From the IMG/VR virus record IMGVR_UViG_3300032320_001622, positions 1,195 through 65,194 of that record: a DNA stretch of 64,000 nt, one strand, 5' to 3'. Source of the stretch: a virus. A program made the translations under genes and the position numbers. Below are positions 56,363 to 64,000 of this stretch, piece by piece. The number at the start of each line of letters is the position of its first letter. Positions within the stretch are counted from its first letter, which is position 1. The notes beneath the pieces are model-generated. The model searched no databases. It was given only the letters and a program-made list of their open reading frames with translations, and had not been told where the DNA came from.

Positions 56363-56374
56363 AAAGGAAAAAAG

Positions 56375-56929
56375 ATGAACTATCATAAACTAAGAAATAT
56401 TCTAGGAAACTTAAAAGAACAAGCAGCAAACTCAACATACGCTGCTCCTGACAACGGTGCATCTTTAACCGATGGTTCTATCGCTGCATTTAAGGTAGAG
56501 GATCCAGAGGTTCTTGCTCGTATAAACGCATTCCTCAAGGTATTCTGCACAGAAAGACACCAAGATCCAAAGTATGCTCTCGTAGTCCTGAGAACCAAAC
56601 TCAACACATTGGGTCTTGACTTCTCCTACGATGGACGCAGACCACTGAGTCCAAAGGAGTCCTTTCACTTGACACAGTTCGGAGGTAGAACAGGTGTAGA
56701 CGAGAAGGGCAACCAACTCAACGACTGTGGCATCTCACACAGAACTGGTGGAAGAAGTATGGAACTTTCCGTAGAAATCTCTCCTCTGAATGTAGGAACA
56801 GATGCAAAGGAACCAGGTCCTTACTACATTCATGCCAAGATACAGTTTGCAGGAAACGACAGTATGAACAAAGGAGACACCTCTCCGATCTCAAAGGGAG
56901 AAGCAGCAGATAGCCTAAAATCGGAGTGA
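56375..56929 (+). CDS. conserved-looking T4-like hypothetical protein
   Basis: 184 aa; AAGGA RBS. Confidence 0.6.
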   Translation: MNYHKLRNILGNLKEQAANSTYAAPDNGASLTDGSIAAFKVEDPEVLARINAFLKVFCTERHQDPKYALVVLRTKLNTLGLDFSYDGRRPLSPKESFHLTQFGGRTGVDEKGNQLNDCGISHRTGGRSMELSVEISPLNVGTDAKEPGPYYIHAKIQFAGNDSMNKGDTSPISKGEAADSLKSE

Positions 56930-57312
56930 TAATGGACTTTATTCGAATAAATGATGCAAACTATGTGATGTATGCGATGAAGAATTATCAGAATCCTCAG
57001 TGCAGTAGTGTCGAGGAGTTTCACGAAGATCTGAACCGTATAAAGTATCTAAAAAGATTATTCAGAAAATACAAGACAACTGGTATACTGAGGGAAAGAC
57101 TGATACTGAATCACATAATAATCTTCTATAACATATTTGGTATAGAAGCAGCAACTAGATTATTGTTCAGTAGAATAGAAGACGATCTCCATCCATACCT
57201 GAAGACATTCATAGTATTTTTAAACAGTTTACCTAAAACAATACCAGAATATGATCTCTTGACAATACCGATGGATACAAGAATAATAGCAAAGTTGAGA
57301 AAAATAAAATGA
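56926..57312 (+). CDS. conserved T4-like phage protein
   Basis: AMKNY.NPQC...EF.EDL.RIKYLKRL..RLILNH...YN.FG motif. Confidence 0.7.
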   Translation: MIMDFIRINDANYVMYAMKNYQNPQCSSVEEFHEDLNRIKYLKRLFRKYKTTGILRERLILNHIIIFYNIFGIEAATRLLFSRIEDDLHPYLKTFIVFLNSLPKTIPEYDLLTIPMDTRIIAKLRKIK

Positions 57313-57923
57313 AACCCATAAAAGAAGGCGTAGATGTCGATAGTGCGTTTCTCAAGAACTTTATGATGGACGCAATCAAGAACCCAAAGAAGTTCTACGC
57401 TGTTCTTACGCTCGCAGGAATCAACTCAGTAGAAGCAACCAAGATCGTCTACAATCTAAAGCATCCTAGATTGACTTCCAGTAACTTTGCAACAAAGATG
57501 AAGATGCTTGCTCTTCTTCAGAACATCATAGAACTCATTACTCACGACAGAATACTCTATTCCAGAGTGAGAAGTATGGCAATGAGTGGTGATTTTGAGA
57601 GGGTTGTGAAGAATGTCGTCAATCCAGAGAAGGTAAGAAAACACCCCAAAGGACGACTAAATATAGTTGACGAAGATGCTGCTCCTGGCGCTATAGCACC
57701 CACGAATTCTTCACCAGTAGGTCAAACCTCCATAGGAAACGCAGAAATCGCTTTTGTTGCTCCTAGCAGCGAAAACCCACCCGCTCCCTTGCGTGGAGTT
57801 CCTGTCCGTAGAAGAAATATACCAAAAAACATTATGGATAGATTAAAGGATCTATTCAGAAAACAAACAAAGAAACCAACAGGCGGACTGGCGCCAAACA
57901 TCGTGACACAAATGGGCCAGTAA
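57309..57923 (+). CDS. hypothetical protein
   Basis: 204 aa within the operon. Confidence 0.6.
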   Translation: MKPIKEGVDVDSAFLKNFMMDAIKNPKKFYAVLTLAGINSVEATKIVYNLKHPRLTSSNFATKMKMLALLQNIIELITHDRILYSRVRSMAMSGDFERVVKNVVNPEKVRKHPKGRLNIVDEDAAPGAIAPTNSSPVGQTSIGNAEIAFVAPSSENPPAPLRGVPVRRRNIPKNIMDRLKDLFRKQTKKPTGGLAPNIVTQMGQ

Positions 57924-57959
57924 AAACCCATTATACATACTACAAAGGAGTTTACTATT

Positions 57960-58139
57960 ATGGAAAACAGAAATACAACAATCGCAGGTATTGGCGCAAT
58001 TCTCGTAGCAGTTGGTGCAGCACTCAAGGCTTACTTTGATGGTGACGCCGCAACAACCGTAGATATTGCTACCACAGTTGCAGCAGTAATTGCTGGTGTT
58101 GGTCTTATCATGGCCAAAGATGCTAAGAACACCCAATGA
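57960..58139 (+). CDS. holin-like two-TM protein (59 aa)
   Basis: TTIAGIGAILVAVG..AVIAGVGLIMAKD; AGGAG RBS; not in the ORF track. Confidence 0.6.
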   Translation: MENRNTTIAGIGAILVAVGAALKAYFDGDAATTVDIATTVAAVIAGVGLIMAKDAKNTQ

Positions 58140-58330
58140 TCGACAAGATCGTAATAGCAATAGTTTTAGCATTATTATCATGGTTGGAGAAACGAATTGA
58201 ACAAGGTAAAATTGCAATCGACGCTGACTTGGATATTGATCGTCTCCGTAATGCTGGTTCTCGGATTGATGCTTGGGTGCGCGAGAACAGTGCTGGTGAC
58301 GGAGGGAAGTCCAGTACGCCTGGGTCCTGA
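58136..58330 (+). CDS. i-spanin-like protein
   Basis: N-terminal TM helix; ATGA overlap with the holin-like gene. Confidence 0.5.
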   Translation: MIDKIVIAIVLALLSWLEKRIEQGKIAIDADLDIDRLRNAGSRIDAWVRENSAGDGGKSSTPGS

Positions 58331-58472
58331 CATCAAAGGAAGAGTATACACTCTACAGAATGGTGTTTGGGTACTGAGCGACAACACAGCACCTCTACAA
58401 GAAGGTTGGTACTTAGTTCCCCCATCATTCGTTTCGGAAAACAAACCTCTAAAACCTAGCGACAAAGATTAA
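58197..58472 (+). CDS. o-spanin-like lipoprotein (start uncertain)
   Basis: lipobox LMLG-C; overlaps the previous gene in another frame. Confidence 0.55.
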   Translation: MNKVKLQSTLTWILIVSVMLVLGLMLGCARTVLVTEGSPVRLGPDIKGRVYTLQNGVWVLSDNTAPLQEGWYLVPPSFVSENKPLKPSDKD

Positions 58473-58475
58473 GAG

Positions 58476-58498
58476 AACACCCCCGAAAGGGGGTGTTT
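58476..58498. terminator. bidirectional terminator
   Basis: AACACCCCC-GAAA-GGGGGTGTT between convergent genes. Confidence 0.8.
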
Positions 58499-59064
58499 CA
58501 TTTGGTCGATCCTTGTTCTCTTTTGATCTTCTCAAATAGAAACTTGCAAAGATAATAAGAGTCAACTATGTCAGAGACAGGATTTCCTATATCCTTCTTC
58601 TCAGGACAGATCATATCCTTGATTGGTTCTTTGGTGTCTAAAACAAATGCTTCATACATCATAGATTTATCTGCATTTCCCTTACCAGTGGCGTACTTCT
58701 TCACTTCAGATGGGGTGAATACAGTAACAGGAAGTCCTATCTGATACATCTTGTACTTAAGAACTCCTGTGTTTTCTGCGATATGAAATACTCTTCCCTG
58801 TGCAGAATAAGCATAACCTTCTAGCGCAACAGCATCGCACCCTAGCACCGTTTCAAGTGCCCAATCTGCAATCGACTCGTAGCGTTCCATTTCTTGGTTC
58901 CAATCTATGAAACGCTCACCGAAGATATTACCATATGGTTTTTCTGTGTATTTCTTTATATCAGTGAGAAAGTAGAAGGTACAGTCGTCATAGTTAAACA
59001 CCTCTCCGTTAAACACACATATCGAAGGGCCGTTTAGAGAGTAATCTATTCCTGCTATGAGCAT
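58498..59064 (-). CDS. RuvC-like nuclease/resolvase
   Basis: GIDYS, EGYAY, IAENTG.LK, KK.ATGKGNADK and D..D motifs. Confidence 0.8.
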   Translation of the reverse strand: MLIAGIDYSLNGPSICVFNGEVFNYDDCTFYFLTDIKKYTEKPYGNIFGERFIDWNQEMERYESIADWALETVLGCDAVALEGYAYSAQGRVFHIAENTGVLKYKMYQIGLPVTVFTPSEVKKYATGKGNADKSMMYEAFVLDTKEPIKDMICPEKKDIGNPVSDIVDSYYLCKFLFEKIKREQGSTK

Positions 59065-59076
59065 AGTACCTCCAGA

Positions 59077-59187
59077 AAAAAACACACGCGGACGCTTAAA
59101 CGCAAAATGGCTTGTTTGCTAAAACCACTTTATGTGAAGTTAAAGGGTTTTCATTTTGGTATGTTTGAGCGATAATGTCCGCGTGTG
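59077..59187. ncRNA. candidate rod-like small RNA or attenuator
   Basis: about 105-nt interrupted hairpin closed by 11 bp CACACGCGGAC/GTCCGCGTGTG. Confidence 0.5.
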
Positions 59188-59195
59188 CCTTGTAT

Positions 59196-59390
59196 TTATG
59201 CAAGAATGCTTATTGCAGCATCTATTTTTGTTTCTAGATTTATGATTTTGGCTCCAACCGCTTTGCAGCAAATCTTCACATTTGGATCTTTTTGCCAAAG
59301 TGGAGTGTTGCTCAAAATGTCGATAAGAACAGTAAGTGCGTTTTCTTCGGTGATTTCGATGTTGTTTTCTGGTGTGTCTATTGAGTCCAT
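59196..59390 (-). CDS. hypothetical protein
   Basis: 64 aa; CTAAATA upstream. Confidence 0.5.
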   Translation of the reverse strand: MDSIDTPENNIEITEENALTVLIDILSNTPLWQKDPNVKICCKAVGAKIINLETKIDAAISILA

Positions 59391-59474
59391 TTTTTATCTC
59401 TTTCTAAAAAGTTAATGTTTTATTATTTCCCTTTCAGGTATTTAGACAAATATAAATAACGACGAGGGAATAGA

Positions 59475-60611
59475 ATGGAACCACTCTCAATCATCACACT
59501 CTTAGCACTAACCACCATAACTTTCTTTGTCTGGAAGGCCACTATGTCTAGAATACTCAAGAAACTACAGGAGCAACACGCCCTCAGAAATCCCAATCCA
59601 AACAACTATAAGTTTCTGTTCGTTATAAAGGAAAGATCCGTATACGGAACAAAGACAAAGGCATATGGATTGTTCAACTCCTGTAAGTTTGTTTGCAACA
59701 GATTAAGATCAAAAGACATACAAGCGGATGTAGTGCAAGTAATAGACAACAACTGCATAGACAAGTATGTTTCAGAGTATAAACCAACTCACTGCTTCAT
59801 AGAGGCTCTGTGGGTTGTACCTTCCAAGTTCGAAGTGTTGGCAAAACTTCATCCAAATGTAAAGTGGGTCGTCAGATTGCACTCGATGGTTCCTTTCCTA
59901 ACAAGCGAAGGAATGGCTTTCGAATGGCTAAACGAGTATATCGAACTGAGAAAGAAAGGTATAAACATTTCCATCAGTTGCAACAACAGAGAAATGTATG
60001 AAGAACTTTCTCACATATATGGTGATGCGGTTTCCTGCACACCAAATATCTACGATCCAGGCTATGAATTTTCAAAGGTAAACACCAGCAAAGATATTCT
60101 TGACATCGGATGCTTTGGTGCTCTTCGTGTTCTCAAAAATCACACACAGCAGGCACTTTGGGCAATAGAATTTGCCGATAAGATCAACAAGAAGATGAAT
60201 TTCCATGTCAACATATCTGAGCACGAACAAAGAGAAGCAGGACCAGTATTGCGTAATCTTCGTGCAATATTCAAGAACACGACACATTCCTTGGTAGAAC
60301 ATCCTTGGTATGAACATAAGGATTTCTTGGAACTCGTATCTACTATGGATATTGGAATGCAGATCTCCTACACGGAATCATTTAATGTCGTTGCCGCGGA
60401 TTTCGTTCAGTGTGGAGTACCGATAGTTGTATCAAGAGACATCAAGTTTGTCCACCCAAACTGCTGCGTTTCACCATCAAACGACAAACAAATAGAAGCG
60501 GCAATGAAATACGCATACTGCGACAGAAGAGTAGCCGAGGAGAATAAAAAACTACTGGAAGACCATAATAGAATGGCCTTCCAGCAGTGGTTAGAATATA
60601 TCAGAAATTGA
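59475..60611 (+). CDS. glycosyltransferase family 4-like, membrane-anchored
   Basis: N-terminal TM helix; GCFGALR.LKN and SYTESFN.V.AD...GVP motifs; TATAAATA upstream. Confidence 0.75.
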   Translation: MEPLSIITLLALTTITFFVWKATMSRILKKLQEQHALRNPNPNNYKFLFVIKERSVYGTKTKAYGLFNSCKFVCNRLRSKDIQADVVQVIDNNCIDKYVSEYKPTHCFIEALWVVPSKFEVLAKLHPNVKWVVRLHSMVPFLTSEGMAFEWLNEYIELRKKGINISISCNNREMYEELSHIYGDAVSCTPNIYDPGYEFSKVNTSKDILDIGCFGALRVLKNHTQQALWAIEFADKINKKMNFHVNISEHEQREAGPVLRNLRAIFKNTTHSLVEHPWYEHKDFLELVSTMDIGMQISYTESFNVVAADFVQCGVPIVVSRDIKFVHPNCCVSPSNDKQIEAAMKYAYCDRRVAEENKKLLEDHNRMAFQQWLEYIRN

Positions 60612-60620
60612 TTGTTCTAA

Positions 60621-61286
60621 TCAGCGTCTACGACGAACAGTAAGACCGGCAAATCCGAGTAAGGAAATTGCGCCTGGTGTCGGAGCCGAGAGTACAAATG
60701 CTCCGCCCGCAGTATTACCAATAAAGTTGGGAAGCGGTCTCCAATCACCCCACTTGTATTGTCCATTTTCATCAGTAAACCAGAAATTATTCACATCGTC
60801 TCCTTGTGACCAAACAAACTGATCACCAGCAGCGTCATTAAGTTGTGCTCCAATATTCATAAAATATTCTCCAGAAGTGATTTGGAAAGAAAATGGAACA
60901 TAAAACTCGTATATCGCTTCACCGAAGAAATTAGTCTCTCCAGTAGCAACTGCCGAGATGTTTTCCAAATCAATATTTTGATTTGTCACTTGTGACTCGA
61001 AGTTTGCATCCCAAACAACAATCTGGAAAGAATCAACATTTGACAAACCCTGTCCATTAAATCCATTCATAGAACCCCACCATCGCAAAGATGATGTTGT
61101 GTATGAATCCTCCAATTCAAATCCTTGAGCACCACTTTGTGCATAAGTATATGCTCCCTTGGAGTCCAAAGCATCAGAATAGAATCCAACAGTATCTACT
61201 ACTGGATTATTCGCCACAATAAATTCTGCATTTGCTTCTGATACAAATACAAATGTGGCTCCCAACATAATAATAACATTCTTCAT
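60621..61286 (-). CDS. PEP-CTERM-type exosortase substrate
   Basis: signal peptide; C-terminus APTPGAISLLGFAGLTVRRRR. Confidence 0.8.
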   Translation of the reverse strand: MKNVIIMLGATFVFVSEANAEFIVANNPVVDTVGFYSDALDSKGAYTYAQSGAQGFELEDSYTTSSLRWWGSMNGFNGQGLSNVDSFQIVVWDANFESQVTNQNIDLENISAVATGETNFFGEAIYEFYVPFSFQITSGEYFMNIGAQLNDAAGDQFVWSQGDDVNNFWFTDENGQYKWGDWRPLPNFIGNTAGGAFVLSAPTPGAISLLGFAGLTVRRRR

Positions 61287-61352
61287 AACACTCTCCTTGT
61301 ATTCCCATAATAAAACACAAGCGAATCGGAATACGGGAAGACGCTTGTGGGT

Positions 61353-63275
61353 TTAATTCGTAAGATCAACCACTTCGCATCCATCAGCACTGCATGCCAT
61401 GGTCTGCGAACTCTTGGTTGTATCGGTCTTCTCGTAGTTCTTGAGAAGTGACCAATCTACATTCTTAGGCATCTTTGCGAGTGCCTCTTCGTACTGCTGC
61501 TTGCTGCACTCCTGATATGGTGCTTGCTGATACGAATGATCAGAATGTGGCAAGAACGAAATACCACTGATCTCGTCAAAGTGCTTGTATACCCAAGCAC
61601 CAACATCCATCCATTCGTGATCCTTTACAGTCACCGTAATAGATGGCTTATGCTCACACCAGTAACGCTGATATGTCAACCACAACTCAAGGTGTTCGAT
61701 TGCAGACATATCGTTACGAGTGACAGATCCCTCTGCTTTCATCGGGAACGAGAAGACCATAGTATGATCTGGTTTCATCACGCAAGGTTCTGCGGGGAAC
61801 CCAAGATCAATCATCATCTGACAGAGTGGATCCTTGCGATCTGCACGAACAGTACGAATGTAATATTCACTGTGACGGGCGTGAATACCAGATGCAGCGT
61901 CGGTCAACTGAGAAACAGTCCCTGATGGTTTGACGCAAGTGATTGCAGCAGCGGGATTGATTTTCAGTCTCTTTGCCCATTCCTTGTTCGTGTCGATTGC
62001 TTCCGTCTTGAGTTGCGAAAGCATCGCTCCAAGAATTTCGTGATTATCACAACTCATATCTTTATTATCAAGAATACCAGTCAGAGAGACACCAAGGAGT
62101 GCTTCCTCTTCGCAGTTCTTCTTCCAATCACTGGAGAGATATGGGAAATGCGTGAGTGATGCTTGCCATGTACCTAGAATGGTCGCAAGACGAACCTTTC
62201 TTCTCAAGGACTCGACAGTATCCTGTGGACGAACTATAACTTCAGTGAGGTTGCAAAATTCACGGTCGCGTAGAATAATCTCACTGCAAGGATTTGTGCC
62301 AAACTCATAAGACGCATCACGGCGATCTCCAAGTTTAGATACAGTTCTGCGACAAGCATCGCGGTTAAAAATACCGCGTTCTCCGCTCTTGCTCTTATAG
62401 AGCGACAACCACTCCTCAATAAAGACACCAATTTCGGGTTTCTCCTTGTATGCTACACTGTTGTTTGCGAGTGCTCTTTGCGGGTTGTCAGTCCACCACG
62501 CGCCAGTCTTAGCATCACGCATTCTTTCATCGGTGAGATTCGACAGGCTAATAAGAGCAGATCTACGCACTCCTCCGACCACGACAATTTCTGCAATCTT
62601 ACAGACAATATCGTGGCACTCAATAGATGTGAGTTTCCTGCCGGCGGCTCTTCGGAAAGTATCACTTGTGAATCTGAAAAGATCTTCGAGAGGTTTAGGT
62701 CCTGACGCTCTTCCACCGAATGTCTTGAGGCGCGCGCCAGCAGGACGAACCTTTGAGATGTCCCATCTTGGAATTTGACCTCCAATAAGCAGGGAGACAA
62801 GTTCTTTGTAAGCCTTAGCCCAACCAGCCTTGCTGTCTTGGACAACGATGATCGTATCCGAGTCAGTAAAGTGTTCAGCGATTGTAGGTAGTTTCTCGAC
62901 ATATTGACGCTCCACGCTAAAACCTACACCTGTGCCACACATCAGAATGTAGAGGATTTCATCGAATGCTCTTACGCGATTTACAGCCACATATGAGCAG
63001 TTGTAGCCAGCAGTGTTGTCTCTTTCCAGTGCTTCTCCTGCTGTCATCAAAGCACGCATACTTGGCATTATTTCTTGATTAAGAACCGCTTGTTCCAGTT
63101 CGTTTCTCAACTCACCAGACAATATAAACTTTTGATTTACCTTGAGATGGTTCTCAAAGAAATCGAAATAACGCTTCACGGTTTCTTCCCAAGATTCTCT
63201 TCGGTTTTCCTTCTCAAGCCATCTTGAGTAACGAGAAAGGTGAATGAAATCTTGGTAGGGTGTAGGTAAACTCAT
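61353..63275 (-). CDS. nrdJ: class II (adenosylcobalamin-dependent) ribonucleotide reductase
   Basis: PSMR, VVVGGVRRSA, TNPCSEI and TCVKPSGT motifs; C-terminal CSADGC. Confidence 0.92.
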   Translation of the reverse strand: MSLPTPYQDFIHLSRYSRWLEKENRRESWEETVKRYFDFFENHLKVNQKFILSGELRNELEQAVLNQEIMPSMRALMTAGEALERDNTAGYNCSYVAVNRVRAFDEILYILMCGTGVGFSVERQYVEKLPTIAEHFTDSDTIIVVQDSKAGWAKAYKELVSLLIGGQIPRWDISKVRPAGARLKTFGGRASGPKPLEDLFRFTSDTFRRAAGRKLTSIECHDIVCKIAEIVVVGGVRRSALISLSNLTDERMRDAKTGAWWTDNPQRALANNSVAYKEKPEIGVFIEEWLSLYKSKSGERGIFNRDACRRTVSKLGDRRDASYEFGTNPCSEIILRDREFCNLTEVIVRPQDTVESLRRKVRLATILGTWQASLTHFPYLSSDWKKNCEEEALLGVSLTGILDNKDMSCDNHEILGAMLSQLKTEAIDTNKEWAKRLKINPAAAITCVKPSGTVSQLTDAASGIHARHSEYYIRTVRADRKDPLCQMMIDLGFPAEPCVMKPDHTMVFSFPMKAEGSVTRNDMSAIEHLELWLTYQRYWCEHKPSITVTVKDHEWMDVGAWVYKHFDEISGISFLPHSDHSYQQAPYQECSKQQYEEALAKMPKNVDWSLLKNYEKTDTTKSSQTMACSADGCEVVDLTN

Positions 63276-63297
63276 AATAACTCCTTATGTGTAGAAT

Positions 63298-63326
63298 ATC
63301 ATACAACAAGGTCTAACCCTTGTCAA
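63298..63326 (-). promoter_or_regulatory. sigma70-type promoter for nrdJ
   Basis: TTGACA-17 bp-TATGAT. Confidence 0.75.
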
Positions 63327-63347
63327 TCATCGAGCGAAATATTTAGT

Positions 63348-63575
63348 TCAGAAAGATCCACCATCCAGATTTCCTTGGTTCGTCCAAAGAGATCCGTTGT
63401 ATTTTAAGATTTCATCAGGTGATGGAGAAACAATCTCAACATCACTCAGATCTGTGAGTGCAATACTTGCAGTTGTAGAACTTTTTACAGTCCAGGCAGT
63501 ACCGTTCCACTCCCATGTAATAGCACCAACCGTATAGGTTTGACCAACATAAGGTGTGTTTGGAAATCCTGCCAT
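63348..63575 (-). CDS. small tail-fibre-associated repeat protein
   Basis: FPNTP.VGQ.Y....W.WNGTAW, LTDLSDV..L.YNG..W and DGG.F motifs. Confidence 0.6.
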   Translation of the reverse strand: MAGFPNTPYVGQTYTVGAITWEWNGTAWTVKSSTTASIALTDLSDVEIVSPSPDEILKYNGSLWTNQGNLDGGSF

Positions 63576-63593
63576 TTATTATTCCTTATTGAA

Positions 63594-64000
63594 TTACCTG
63601 CTAATTTCTTCCCAGTCCATTGAAGCAAAAACTTTACTGGTATTTTGAGATGCTGTTACAAGTAACACTAATTCATATTGTGTATTTGTAAATGTATTTC
63701 TTTCAAGTTGAAATTTGAATAATGCTTCTTTTAGAATGTTTACAGAGTTTCCTGTGTTTGCAGTAGAACTAAAAAAGCCGCTCGCAAGAATTCGTCCGTT
63801 TGTAGCACTGGTCGCGCCTAAATTATACTCTACAGCACTGTTGGGTGCAGCAGAGATCCAAGATCCACCAGTTGTACCAGCACTAGCCACAACTTGCCAA
63901 TTGTATTTTTCACCAGTGGTATCTGCCAACAACGAAAGTGCCGTCATAATTACAACAGCATCAACACTAGTAGATTTTAATCGCAACGAAATTACTGGAT
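63594..64000 (-). CDS. putative virion structural protein (5' end outside the window)
   Basis: open to the window edge; C-terminal ASMDWEE. Confidence 0.5.
   Translation of the reverse strand, partial: PVISLRLKSTSVDAVVIMTALSLLADTTGEKYNWQVVASAGTTGGSWISAAPNSAVEYNLGATSATNGRILASGFFSSTANTGNSVNILKEALFKFQLERNTFTNTQYELVLLVTASQNTSKVFASMDWEEISR

Noticed and set aside
61353-63275. Intron or intein in nrdJ
   Set aside because: The ORF is continuous at 640 aa with no visible insertion or splicing motifs
1-64000. Stop-codon reassignment
   Set aside because: Long genes are intact in the standard code, TAA/TGA/TAG all appear as stops, and no suppressor tRNA was found

Overview
This window is a segment of a large T4-like (myovirus-type) phage genome; there are no bacterial housekeeping operons. 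The host is probably a planctomycete, inferred from two PEP-CTERM-type proteins with (V)PAP/PTP-TM-RRRR tails and a secreted cohesin-like protein. From left to right: (1) 0.1-11.8 kb, a cluster of glycosyltransferases and methyltransferases with gmd and fcl, whose first ~6 kb is very AT-rich. (2) 11.8-25 kb, an exonuclease, a holin-like gene, a circularly permuted two-piece tmRNA (tag AAPMRRAA) with a tRNA-like spacer, 13 tRNAs (including Ser-ACT, Ile-TAT and an atypical Lys-TTT), a SPOUT methylase, a deaminase and an HNH gene. (3) 25-33 kb, late genes and Hsp20. (4) 33-43 kb, a GC-rich early island centred on divergent MoxR-AAA and metallopeptidase-vWA genes, controlled by a repeated promoter/IHF-like/DnaA-box module. 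(5) 44-58 kb, late genes, many with T4-type capsid-targeting N-termini, including a ligase-like protein, a HAD phosphatase and an NTase-HNH fusion, followed by a holin/spanin cassette. (6) 58-64 kb, a RuvC-like nuclease, class II ribonucleotide reductase and tail-type genes. Several candidate structured ncRNAs were found by eye. All product calls come from motif recognition only; no database searches were run.
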